A stretch of 64,000 nt of DNA from Octopus sinensis (Eukaryota): assembly GCF_006345805.1 (NCBI RefSeq), contig NC_043010.1, positions 22,010,001-22,074,000 on the forward strand. The letters run 5' to 3'. Each line of letters begins with the position of its first letter. Positions within the stretch are counted from its first letter, which is position 1. Below the pieces are notes generated by a model. It searched no databases. It saw nothing but the letters and a program-made list of their open reading frames with translations, and was not told where the DNA came from. This document shows, one piece after another, positions 28,791 through 40,567 of the stretch. Both the position numbers and the translations under genes were made by a program.

Positions 28791-29210
28791 TCAGCATTCA
28801 GAAATAGATACGTTGTAAGTGGAACAACTCAGTAATTTCAATAATTATTTTTACAAGTAACGACTGTACATAAATATCAAGATTACTTATCTGTTGCGAA
28901 ATAATATGTGCGTGTGCATGCACGTGTGCATACGTGTGCGTGTGCGTGCGTGAGTGTGTGCATGTGTGTGTGTGTATGTGTGTTATTTGTATGTGTGTGG
29001 GTGCGTGCATACGAGCGCGAGAGTTGGCTGTTTATTCAATCGAACATAGAGAAATCAAAAATGTATTTAAAAAAGCAATTAATAATTTTAAGAATAATTT
29101 CACCAAACCTGATAGTATAAAAGGTAGCAAAGCATGATAAAAGATAATAAGAGTAGAAATTAATATTACTTTTTGCATATAAGGGATCCACTGAGTGGTC
29201 TCTCCTCTTA

Positions 29211-30190
29211 TCTATCTACCTATATAAAAGAGGAAAAAAACTTGCACACGTTGGCTTTGGTAAGGATTCAATGGCACTAGACGTGCTAGGATGGAGCTGA
29301 AAATTTACACACCTATAGAAGGCGTGGTGTAGTTACGGCCGGTTACGTGGTGTAGTTACGGCCGGTTTCAAATCTCTATCTTGATAACAAAGGCCCGAAA
29401 CAATGTATTTTCTGCGAGTGAATTGATGTCATACACTATTGCCTTGAGTTGTGTTCACGTAACATGTTGGATTCTACGCGTGACTGTGCGCGTGTTTGCG
29501 CGAATGCAACGGAAAAATGGGGCGAAAACACGTTTAATTTTTCGAAAAACAAAATATGAGCATATACGTAGAAAATTTTCCTGAATCGATTGGAGCAAGT
29601 TTGAATTCTCTAGCTTGAAAAATGCGAATTCTAGCAGTTTTGAGTGTGTCTTTTTAAGGAGTACTAAGTTGAAAATGGTGTCAAAAAATAGCTTAAAATG
29701 AGAGAATTATTTTGCAGACCGAATCGCCTCAAAAATCGAACGGGAGGTGCTCTTAATATCGATGGAAATATTCATGAAAATGTGTAAGCATTCATGTGTC
29801 AATTTTTTGCGAGGTGAATTGTCTGTGCATGGCAGCTTTGGTAGCCTTCAACTAACACTTTCTCCTCCGAGACCCTGCGGTGCGAGTTGACCAAAATTGA
29901 GAGTATGATAGAAGAAGGTTAGCTCTTCCTTCTGTAGAAGAAAAAATCCAAATCGGATCATGTTAACACCAAAAATCTTTTACATCAAAAAGGTGCTTTT
30001 TCTATGAAAATCCCTATATTTTACGATTTTTTGACTGCTGTGTCGCCAATTTCGATGTATTTCAACCAGAAAAATGTTCACTTAAAGAGAATAACAAGTT
30101 ACATAATGCAAAAGTTTTACTTATCAAAAATTCCAATTCTAAAGGGTCGAAAAGAAAACAAACCAGAGCAACGCCCGGCGATACTGCTAG
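29211..30190 (+). mobile_element. non-autonomous Helitron, 980 bp, both termini intact
   Basis: 5' A|TCTATCTACCTATATAAAAG and 3' GCAACGCCCGGCGATACTGCTAG|T: TC start, subterminal GC palindrome, CTAG end and insertion between A and T. Confidence 0.8.
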
Positions 30191-30930
30191 TTAATTTATA
30201 AAATTAAAATCATTATAAGATGAATCTCTTCAGAGGTAGTAAAGATAGACCGATTAGAAATATTTGTTGAGATAACGGCTGCAAACCGTTAATTCATGGT
30301 TTATGTAGTTGCCTTATAGTTGAACTTTCTATGGATTCGTAACTAACCAATATTTTCATTGTATTTATGATCCCTTCATGAGGTTTATAACTTTTATTTG
30401 AACATGTAAATATGTATGTAAGCATGTATGTATATATATATATATATAAATATATATATGTATGTATGTATGTATATGTATATACACTCATCTATATGTA
30501 CAAATATATTTATAAACATATATGCAGTTATATCTATGTGTCCCATTTGGGGGGGCCAACTGTAAACTCCCATAACTTATTGCGGTAAAGATCCAATCAT
30601 AACATCAACGGATGGGTTACTATGTAGAACCCAAGCTACGTCACATAAAGAGAAATCGTATTTTATATGTATATGCATTTATGCATACGTATAGGTTAAT
30701 GATTTAGACGCATATAATACTTACGTACATACATACATACATATATATGAGTGTGTGTGTGTATGAATGTGTGCGTGCATGAGTCTGTCGATATATATGC
30801 GTATATATATATATATATATATACACATACATACATACATACATATATATATACATATATATGTGTGTGTACATATATATATATGTATGTCGTATGTAAA
30901 AATATTTGTATATATGCATATATATATATA

Positions 30931-30971
<41 letters not shown>

Positions 30972-32896
30972 TACATACATCTGCATACATGCATGCACAC
31001 ACATACATACATAGATGCATGATGCATGCATACATACTATTCTCATGTGAGGTAAGTGAACAGATGGAGATGAGGAATATTCTGAATATTCAACTCGGTT
31101 GTTAATTTAAGCTTTAGGCTTAAATTTCAGCGCATAACCAGGGAGAATGTAACGAATTTAGCGTCAATGAGTTCTCAAAACGATCGCCCGTTCTGTATAG
31201 CCGATTTCAAGATCCTACAGACAGATGCTTAATCGTGCATTTCAGGAAATAGTACATTTGGGGAAACGTAGCCAATTATGTTCAGTATAGCGGCCTGACA
31301 GTTGAAATTCCATGGCGTCCATTCTAAACGGCACACTCTGTAAGTATTTGATTCAATATAACTTTACGTCACGTCTTATGAGTCGAAATAATACTCTGGG
31401 CATCGGATCTATATGAATCAATGTACTTGTGTATGTATGTATGTATGTATGTATGTATGTATGTATGTATGTATGTATATATGTATGTATGTATGTACAC
31501 ACACACATATATATATATACATATTCATACATGCATACATGCATATATCCATATATGTATGTATATACGTATGTGTGCATTTGTGTGTATATGTATGTAT
31601 GTATATTTGTATGCTTGTATGTACGTATGTATGTATATATATATATATACATGTTTGTATGTATATTTGTTTGCTTTTTTCTGTGTATGTGTGTAAGCAT
31701 GTATCTCTGTAGATGCGTGTCTAAGAATGTATACACATGCACATATGCATATATGCGTGTACTTGTGTGTGTGTGTGTGTGTATGGTCAAAAGGGACAAG
31801 GTTGCACTGACTATTTCCTCCAAATTTAAAACATTTCCTCCTTTATTCCTCCCCGTGTCTTAGCGTCTTACGCGCCATCCTTCTCTTCCTCTCTCTTTCT
31901 CTCTCATTCTTTTTCTCTCTCAAACTTTGTTTCTCTCTCTCTCTCTCTCTCTCTCACACACTCACACACAACTAAAAATCTCCTCCATTTTCGCCTATAT
32001 ATCTCTTTTTTTCTTTTTCTCGTTTCAATACGCCATTTACCGAATACTCCTCATTTTCCCTTTCACCGACATACTCCCTGCCTTTTAACACCAACCACTA
32101 ACTCCCTGCCATTTTCATAATACTCTAGATTATCCAAACACCCATGAGCTAAGCATGGAGAAAGTGTTTTTACATCCGGAAGTTGAAATTTCAATAAAGA
32201 ATCACAAATGAGAGCTGAAGGATTTTCTTTCTTGTCTCCAATCTGAGAAGAAATTATAATTAATGATCTAATAAATTCAGCGCTCATTTAACATATCTCG
32301 ATTCATGCCATTGACTCGTTTAACTTATTTTGAATTTCTCTTTTATTTACAATTGTATAAAATGGACGCCTTCATTTGTGCTTCTTACGATGATGAGGAT
32401 ACATTTGGTAAAACACAAATATTCGCCTTCGTGTCTTTTGAATACATCCACACTTCGTAGATCATTGCGTTTCTGTTTTTTTTTTCTTACATAGTACTGA
32501 AATCTGTGGTCTCTTGAGCCACAAACCTCTGCAATATCGGGCCCCTATTCTAGATAGGGAAGTTGAGATCGTGGTTAAGTGACGGAGAAAAGTTTCTCTC
32601 GCCAGAAACAACATGTTTTCAGTTACATTTTTTGTAAGATTCTCAGGATCCACTCAGCCCATTGTATACATATTGCGCCATTTCATAAATTTCAACACGG
32701 AATGATGAATAATTACACCTGTCGAATCCCAGATCTCGTTTCGTGCTGATTGCAATCCCAGTTTTTTCAATACACCCTTCTATTCTATATTCTGATTATA
32801 GTGACTTTATCTATATTATTGTTAACTTTTACTTTTTACAGATGTCACTTTCGCTCTGTATTCATGTTTGTCGTAAAAACCACGCATTGGACTATG

Positions 32897-32957
<61 letters not shown>

Positions 32958-32959
32958 AT

Positions 32960-32997
<38 letters not shown>

Positions 32998-33004
<7 letters not shown>

Positions 33005-33415
33005 ATATTGTATAGAGGGCATTATTACACATAAATGCCTCACACTAGGAGGGACAAAGTCATTACTACCAAAATTATACTAATCATACCCAAATGCAGT
33101 TTTTCAAAGCAAGACATTTAAAAAATGAATTTAGTTCTGTATCACCGTGATTTCACATTCAACTTACGTCTAATGATCGTCAGCAGAACTGATTCTGAAC
33201 ACATCATGATGTGTTCAGAATCAGTTCTGCTGACGATCATTAGACGTAAGTTGAATGTGAAATCACGGTGATACAGAACTAAATTCATTTTTTAAATGTC
33301 TTGCTTTGAAAAACTGCATTTGGGTATGATTAGTATAATTTTGGTAGTAATGACTTTGTCCCTCCTAGTGTGAGGCATTTATGTGTAATAATGCCCTCTA
33401 TACAATATAGATATA
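32998..33415. repeat. perfect spacer-less palindrome, 418 bp (2 x 209 bp)
   Basis: Centre ...GAACACATCA|TGATGTGTTC... between 33206 and 33207. Arms match without visible mismatch out to 32998/33415. Confidence 0.97.
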
Positions 33416-33696
33416 ATTAATTTGTTCAAAAGAGAAAAATTATTTTCGAATTCTTTTCTTTTATGAGGTTTTCACGCTAGCTACCCGATAATTTCTTGTT
33501 AAGATCCCTTATTAAGAGATTATCCTTAATTGTTAAACTTATATATATATATATATATATATATATCAATATATATATATACATACATACTTGGAAGAGG
33601 ATGCGTGGCTTTCAATCCTATAATAAATATAAATAATAAATATATATGCATATATACATACGTATATGTACATACTTACATCTATACGTATATATA

Positions 33697-33958
33697 TTGG
33701 GTTGGCAACTAAGTTCCCGCCGTGAGTTCATTGCGTTTTTAAATTTTGGAATCTATTTTTCTCAAGAATTCTATTTTTGAATCATTTTGGAATCTGTTTC
33801 TTTTTTTTACTAGTTAATTTGGAATTTCAATTTAAGAAAACGAGCATTTTCGACACCTCCTTCGTTTTGCTTTTAATCAAGGATTTAAGGCAACAGAAGC
33901 TGCTCACGACATTTGTGCTGTGTATGGAGAGGGTGCCGTAGCTGAAAGAACCGCTCGT
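33697..33958 (+). mobile_element. mariner 5' end (TIR + transposase N-terminus)
   Basis: TA|TTGGGTTGGCAACTAAG TIR-like start; translation EHFRHLLRFAFNQGFKATEAAHDICAVYGEGAVAERTAR at 33842-33958. Confidence 0.85.
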
Positions 33959-34650
33959 TCAAAGCAGCTTAAAAACCGATGATGTTGATCACGGTGGAGA
34001 TTATCAGTAAGTGTTTCATTCTTGTCTAACAGTTCGCAATAGACAATACCTTCAATATTTCACCATACAGTCAGTATGATCATCCTTAGATGAAGCCTTC
34101 CTCTTGCTTTTTAAACAGGTCTTCCTCTTCGACTGATCCACAAACGGTGGCGTTTAACGTTATGGTAAAGGATCCACTTCTTATCACCTGTAATAAACCC
34201 TCCTAAAAATGGTTCCTTAATGTGTCGTGAAACTATGATCGACAACAAACAACACGCTGTTGTAGATTCCATTGAATCGGTTCGTGTGGGATCCATTTTC
34301 TAACCATTGAAACCTTTCCGATCCTTTTTAATTATCGTAGAACAGTTGTACGGGCTACGTTTAACGGTTCTGCAAGTTCTCTACAAGTAGCGGCTAAAGT
34401 TTCTGTGACAACAGTTTGCATCTCTTCAGATCAAGTTTTTTTGAACGACCTTCTTTCGGCTCGTCTTTCAAATTCAAGTCCTTACTTCTGATGCGAGAAA
34501 ACCATCTCCTTCAACTTCTTCCACTCACTACAACATCCCCATAAACTCTCTGAAGAGACTTTGCTGCTGGGCTTGTATTGATACATTTATGAAATTCGTA
34601 GAGGAAGACATCTCTAATGTGATCTTTAGATCGAACGAATACGGTTTCGA
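33959..34650 (-). pseudogene. decayed mariner transposase of a second family (N-terminus to mid catalytic domain)
   Basis: Minus strand: KDHIRDVFLYEF..VYGDVVVSGRS*RRWFSR..DLNLKDEP..GR..; RELAE.LNVARTTVLR; KWIPHE; FITGDKKWILYHNVKR (first D of the DDD triad); GIVYCELLDKNETLT. Confidence 0.85.
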
Positions 34651-34929
34651 ATATAGCAGAGGATTATCGGCAATACAACCAGATTCTGAAAGACATTCTT
34701 AAAACAATTGAAGAGGCACAATTTTAGAAAATACTATCTAAATATATATATATATATCAGGTTGATTCTTTATATTCATCGATGATGAATATATTCATAC
34801 AGACATACATACATACATACATGCATACATACATGCATATGTATATATACATATATATGTGTGTGTGTGTGTGTGTGTTTGTGTGTGTGAGTGTGTGTGT
34901 TTGTGTTTGTGTGTGTGTGTGTGTGTGTG

Positions 34930-35100
34930 TGGTGAGAATTTACAAAAAAAAATCAGAAGACAAAAATGAGTGTGTAATCAACAAACAAATGTATTATTTT
35001 AATGCTCGGAAAGTGAGAAAGTCTTTTACGTTTTGATCCCGCGCTCTTCGACAGAAAGGAACACAAAACTAAACAGGGAGAGAAGACAGAATAAGTTTTA
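34930..35100 (-). mobile_element. short repeat carrying a decayed hammerhead-like motif (Penelope/retrozyme-like family)
   Basis: Minus strand CCTTT-CTGTCGA-AGAGCGCGGGATC-AAAAC-GTA-AAAGACTTT, followed by the same ..CCGAGC.TTAAAATAATAC downstream motif as at 8480 and 62280. Confidence 0.55.
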
Positions 35101-35127
35101 ATTGCTAACGGTCTATCATATATACCT

Positions 35128-35411
35128 GTGGAGGTGTAATGGCCCAGTGGCTAGGGCAGCGGATTCGCGGCATAGTATCGTGGTTTCGATTCCCAGACAA
35201 CTTTCTCTCACTCTCTCTTCCTGTTTCTGTTGCTCCTGTATTTCAAAGGGCCAGCCTTGTCGCACTCTGTGTTACTCTGAATCTCCCCGAAACTACATAA
35301 AGGGTAAACGTGTCTGTGGATTGATCAGTCACTTGCACGTTAATTTTACGAGCAAGCAGTTCCGTTGATCGGATCAACTGGAACCCTCGTCGTCGTAACC
35401 GACGGAGTGCC
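35128..35411 (+). mobile_element. tRNA-derived SINE, family D
   Basis: TGGCCCAGTGGCTAGG A-box and GGTTTCGATTCCC B-box. The body is unlike families A-C and ends GTCGTCGTAACCGACGGAGTGCC. Confidence 0.7.
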
Positions 35412-36639
35412 TCAGATTTGTTGAATTCGCTTGCTTTTACTTTGATTAATCTGTTAAGCTTTTATATTTTACTTTTGTATTTGTATTCCGGCTCTTTACG
35501 TTCCGAGTTTAAATCTGTCCAAGAACGAATTTACTTTTCATTCTATCGAGGTTTATAAATTAAAGTACTAGTTATGTAATGAGATCAATGGCAAAATTTT
35601 ATCCCGCCCTTCAAAGCAGTCAGGCAGAAACCATTGTAGCCGTCAGAAACCAACGTAATATGAGGATATTGGACTATTCCAAAGTTTAGACTTCTTGTAG
35701 GAGACGAAACTATCAGGAAATTCTTTGCACTCGATACCCTTACTGCCAGGATTAATGCCGTCTTTTCTGTGCGCAGAAGATTCTTTCAAATTCCCAGATG
35801 AAGGAAAGAACAAATGAAAAGAACATGAGTGTTGCTAAATCCCAGCCATCTATTTCTGATATTCTAGCGCCAGGAACTTAAAAGCAAACGATTAATATTT
35901 AAAGACGCACAAAAATATAACTGTTCCCCAAAATGGTTCCAAAGTTACCAAAAACTTTTAAACGTTAATTAATAGGATTTCTTTGTAGTTTTGTGAATCA
36001 GTCGTCTGTAAATGACTATAAGTGTAACAAAGCAGCGACGAATATTTTCGGTTTGGCGGTTAACCAATTAAAGATTCTAAATATACGGAATAAAAAAAGA
36101 ACTAAAAGCCCAAAGCATGAGACATGTACACAAAAAGACAAAAAGACATTCTTAGAACATTCATCACAGACCAGTCATTTCAAATGAAAGGCTGCAGCAT
36201 GGTCTTCATGGCGATGGGTAATACAAACTGAAGAAATAAAGAACTATTTTAGACACATATGGTATGTAAGAAAACCAGCTGTGTAAACACACCAATAAGC
36301 ATCGATGATGAATATATTCTTTCCCATAAAACTCGTTCAACCTTTGCATCGATGTAAAGTCATTCGTGGTAATAAGATAGTTTCGTAGCCTGTTCATTTT
36401 ATGTAAAAATAGATATAATTTTTCGCTAAGCAGTAAATGAAAATATATTTCTGTCTGGCTTTTTGTGGGTTATAGAATTCATTGTCATTTCAGACTGCAG
36501 ATAGAGCTATGCATTCAGGTTTACCATATTTAGTTTGGTTCCATGATATGAGAATGGTCCAGTGTTTCTTTGTACATTTCTTTTTGAATATTAGTATTTA
36601 CATTGTATTTATATTTCATTGGCTAACATACATATACAT

Positions 36640-36676
36640 ATGTATACTGAAGAGCGTAGGCTCGAAACGTATATAC
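36640..36676 (+). ncRNA. minimal hammerhead-like motif
   Basis: TGTATA-CTGAAGA-GCGTAGGCTC-GAAAC-GTA-TATACA: intact CUGANGA and GAAA, GUA triplet and a 6-bp stem I. Confidence 0.45.
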
Positions 36677-37090
36677 AGAACATATATAAATATCTGCATA
36701 CATTCACACACAGCCAAACACGCGTTCAAAGAGATCTAGGAATAAACACTTCTTGGTGCAGCACAGAGAACTTATATTCATAATGAAAATAAAAAAGTTA
36801 GAAATTATGAAAGTCATGTCTTTGTAATGATTGCAACTTTATGTAGGAAATATAACGAAATATTGTTTCATTTTCTCTGGTTCCAAATTTTCTCCAGGAT
36901 TACTTGTTTTCTGGATCTGGAAAGTTGATCCCACCCTGGACAACTATACCCAAGAAGATTTAAGCATCATTCCTTTCCTTTCTTTCGAAACCTTCCAAAA
37001 CACTTAATGACAACAACTAGTCGATCGGTTCAGGAATTTATTATTTTTCTAAACTAAACAAGCAAAGGTAGGAACTTTGTCGCCAGATCA

Positions 37091-37426
37091 GAAGCACAGG
37101 CGTGCGGCTATGAACTCCTCCCCCATCCCCTCTACTCTCCTGACCTTGCACCCTCTGATTTTCACCTCTTCCCAGCCATGAAGTTGTTTTTGAAAGGAAA
37201 GCGTTTCCCAGATGATGCAGCCTTGATTTCTGAAGTCACGTCGTGGTTGGAGGACCAAGCTAAGGTCTTCTACAAAAACGGTCTCCAGAGCTACATCAAA
37301 CAATGGGAGAAAAGCGTAACTCTGGGTGGTTCCTATGTAGAAAAAGACTAATAACTGTGCTAAGTTTCGTTGCTCTACTGCTATGGGAAGTGGGTCAGGG
37401 GCATTACTTATTGAACACCCCTCGTA
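37091..37426 (+). mobile_element. mariner 3' end (transposase C-terminus + TIR)
   Basis: Translation CGYELLPHPLYSPDLAPSDFHLFPAMKLFLKGKRF..WEKSVTLGGSYVEKD* (YSPDLAPSD motif), followed by the TTATTGAACACCCCTCG|TA end. Confidence 0.9.
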
Positions 37427-37828
37427 TTAACTGGAGTGTCAGATACATAAATTACCATTATTATTATAAGGAAGATGAGGATGGAGAGAGAAGTGCTGCC
37501 CCCAGTACATCTGCTAAATGTGAATGTAGCGAGAATGACCTACTCTAATAATGTGCCTGTAGGTTAGTGAATTTGAGAGGAAGAATGGTGTCCTTCCCGG
37601 ATGCTCTCGAAGCGTTGAGTGGTTCAGGACTGGTGGGGTACCTGAGCCAAACCCAGGCGATCGTCCCACAATTGGAGAATTTTCATTCTTATATTGTTCT
37701 TGTTTGATAGTATTGTTATTGTTTCAATTGTGTACTCCTTGCTTTATGTAAAATCACCACTGTCCACGTCTACTGTATTGTTCCTATTATATGTTGACCA
37801 TGGTGGCCATTATATGAAAGAAATATTA

Positions 37829-37868
<40 letters not shown>

Positions 37869-37879
37869 CATTAACATTA

Positions 37880-37938
<59 letters not shown>

Positions 37939-37941
<3 letters not shown>

Positions 37942-40490
37942 TAGTTTTATTTTTATACCGTGCTTTCAATTCACTACCGAGCGCAGCTCTGTGTGCCTTG
38001 GGTATGTGCTGTGATTTGTCGTGATGCTCTGATGGTTACTGTATTGAAAGTGTTCTGCGTAGGATGTGTGCAGTGCCTAGTAGTGCAATTTTCTGTATGT
38101 TATATGTGTTTGTAAGTCCTGGTGTTTTTGTTATGTATTTGTCTGAATATTTTTTTATCATGCCTAATGCACCTACTATGATAGGAATTGTTTCTGTTTT
38201 TAGATTCCACATTCTGGTTACCTCTATTTCAAGGTCTTTGTATTTTGAATGTTTCTCCATTTCTTTTAGAGACACGTTGTCATCTTCTGGTATTGATACA
38301 TCAATTAGAAAGCATTTTGGAAAGGATATTGTAGCTGTAACTTATAATTGGGACGGCTAAAGTGTTAATACCTATTATCTTGTTTTTAGCATTGAGCTCT
38401 GTTTTTAGTATTGATCTAACTCGTCTATAATATTCTTTTTTTTTATTTTCTCTTTCATTTGTGTGTGTTGAGTCTTATCTAGTTCATGGATTCCTAAGTA
38501 TTTGTAAGTTTGGTTTTGGTCTAATTTTTTTATTTCATTGGTTTTATCTAGTGTGATGTTGCTACTCTTAACTAGTTTTCCTCTTTTCATGGTTACTTTG
38601 GCGCATTTTTCTAATCCAAATTTCATATCTATTTCTTTGGTAAATCCATGAAGTGTCTTTAATAGTGTTTCCAGCTGTTTGTTATTTGTAGCGTACAGTT
38701 TTAGGTCACCCATATATAAAAGGTGGCTGATCGTTTTGCCGTAATATTTATATCCGCATCCAGTTCTATTTAGCATATCAACTAGAGGTGATAGTGCCAA
38801 GCAGAAAAGGAGTGGAGAGAGCGTGTCTCCCTGGAATATTCCTCTTTTAATGGGGATGGCTTTGGTTTTTATGAGTCCCTCTTTTGTTTGGAGCTGTAGC
38901 ACTGTTTGCCATTTATTCATAGAGTGCTCTATGAATTTTATGATTGTTGGTGCTACTTTGTTAATGGCTAGTGTTTCGAGGATCCATGTGTGGGGGATGC
39001 TATCAAACGCCTTTTTGTAGTCAATCCAGGCCATACTGAGGCCTTTCTTCTTTCTGTGGCTGTCTTCAGTTATGGCTTTATTAATCATTAGTTGATCTTT
39101 ACAGCCATATGAGCCTTTGCGGCATCCTTTCTGCTCTTCTGGGAACAGTTTGTTTTCGTCCAGGTCCTTGTTCAGCCTTTGTGATATCACTGCAGTAAAT
39201 GCCTTGAACATAGTAGGGAGGCAGGTTATTGGTCTGTAGTTTTCTGGTTTTTCTGTTTCATTTGATTTGGGAATTAAGATGGTTTTCCCCTTCGTGAGCC
39301 ATTCAGGCATTGTCTCTGGCTCTGCTAGTACGTTGTTAAAGTTTTCAGCCAGCTTTTTGTGCATTCCTGTTAGATATTTCAACCAGAAGTTGGGGATCTT
39401 GTCATGCCCAGGTGCCTTCCAGTTGCTTAGTCTTTGCAGTGCCTGGGTGACCTCTTCAGTTGTTATGGGGGTCCAAGTTTGTTCAGATGCCGAGTTTGTC
39501 ATTTTGATACTCCTTTTTTTTGGTGGTTCGTTCGCCGACCATATTTCTCCCCAGAATTCTTCCAATTCTTCTGCCGTTGGTGCTGCAGTGACTTCTATTT
39601 TATTTTTGCCCAGTTCTTGGTAGAACTTTTTGGGGTCGAAGTTGAACTTTTTGTTCTGTTCAAAGAAGCGTTGGCGTTTCTCGTACCGGCGGATCCTTTG
39701 AGCTTTGGCAAGGATATCTTGCTTCAGCTTTTCTTTTATCTCCGGCAAATCTTTTTCTGTGGTGTTATATTTGCGGAGCATTTTTGTTCTCTTTTTGTTG
39801 CTCAGTAGCGTTGCTTGTTTGCTGATTTCATTAAGAATCGACAGGTCTTTTCTAATTTTTTTAATTTTGTTTTGGATGTTATTTATCCACAGGGTTTGTT
39901 TGGGTGGTGGTACTCCTGTTTGGGCGGGTTTGGGTGAGTATCCAGCTTCTTTTGTGGCTGCAGTGGCTGCTGCGTATATCAAGTCATTTAGTTCAGTGAT
40001 ATCACTTTTTTTTGTTTCAGTGGCTAGTTCAGTGACGGCTAGGTTTATGTTGTTTATAATTGGTGTTGTTATTGCGTTTATTTTTATTCTTGGGAGGTAT
40101 GGTCGGTGGTCCATTTTGAGCTCTGTGGTTTTTAGTTCTTTGATTATTTTATTTTTTATATTATCATAATCATTAGGCTCCCCTTCGTTGTTTACATCGT
40201 GTTTGTTGGGAATGTTGCGTTTGTCTCGTGTTTTACAGTTTCAGTGTTTATATTATTGGGCATTGTTGTGTGGCTTCTATCTACATTTTCCTGGTGTATG
40301 TTTTCTTTTAGGTGTTCTATTTCTATTTCTGATATTTTTTTTGTGTTGAGAATGTATCTTCGTACGTTAGCTAATTTATTAGGGTTCATTGCTGTATCCA
40401 AGTCTAAATCTCTATTATTTTCCTTCCATATTTTATATGTATTTATATGTATTTATATGTATTTTATATGTATTTATATGTATTTATATG

Positions 40491-40493
<3 letters not shown>
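37939..40493 (-). mobile_element. R4/Dong-clade non-LTR retrotransposon (copy 2, different family), 5'-truncated with an internal deletion
   Basis: N-terminal TYKIWKENNR..NPNKLANVRRYIL; 569-aa ORF 38405-40114 with NYRPITCL, FQGDTLSP and YMGD (mutated YMDD); C-terminal KYKDLEIEVTRMW..GTAHILRRTLSIQ*. About 100 bp of 3' UTR, with (AAT)n on both sides. Confidence 0.93.
38405..40114 (-). pseudogene. RT-containing ORF remnant of R4/Dong copy 2
   Basis: 569 aa open reading frame. The catalytic YMDD reads YMGD, and the frame ends at a frameshift in a poly-T/A run near 38440. Confidence 0.9.
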
Positions 40494-40528
<35 letters not shown>

Positions 40529-40567
40529 ATTATTATTATTATTATTATTATCATCATTATTATTATT

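Noticed and set aside
31312-31345. Possible first coding exon ATG GCG TCC ATT CTA AAC GGC ACA CTC T|GTAAGT (MASILNGTL); other strong donors at 22577 and 31052
   Set aside because: Only short splice-consensus matches with no homology or downstream exon. Expected by chance in 64 kb.
32060-32900. Complex, coding-looking sequence upstream of the palindrome
   Set aside because: Tried several frames on both strands: multiple stops and no motif I can assign. It may be a decayed TE, but this is unsupported.
34778-36319. Exact 20-mer CATCGATGATGAATATATTC at 34778 and 36300, containing a box C-like ATGATGA
   Set aside because: No properly placed box D (CTGA) or terminal stem and no wider similarity. 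Not supportable as a snoRNA or 5.8S fragment.
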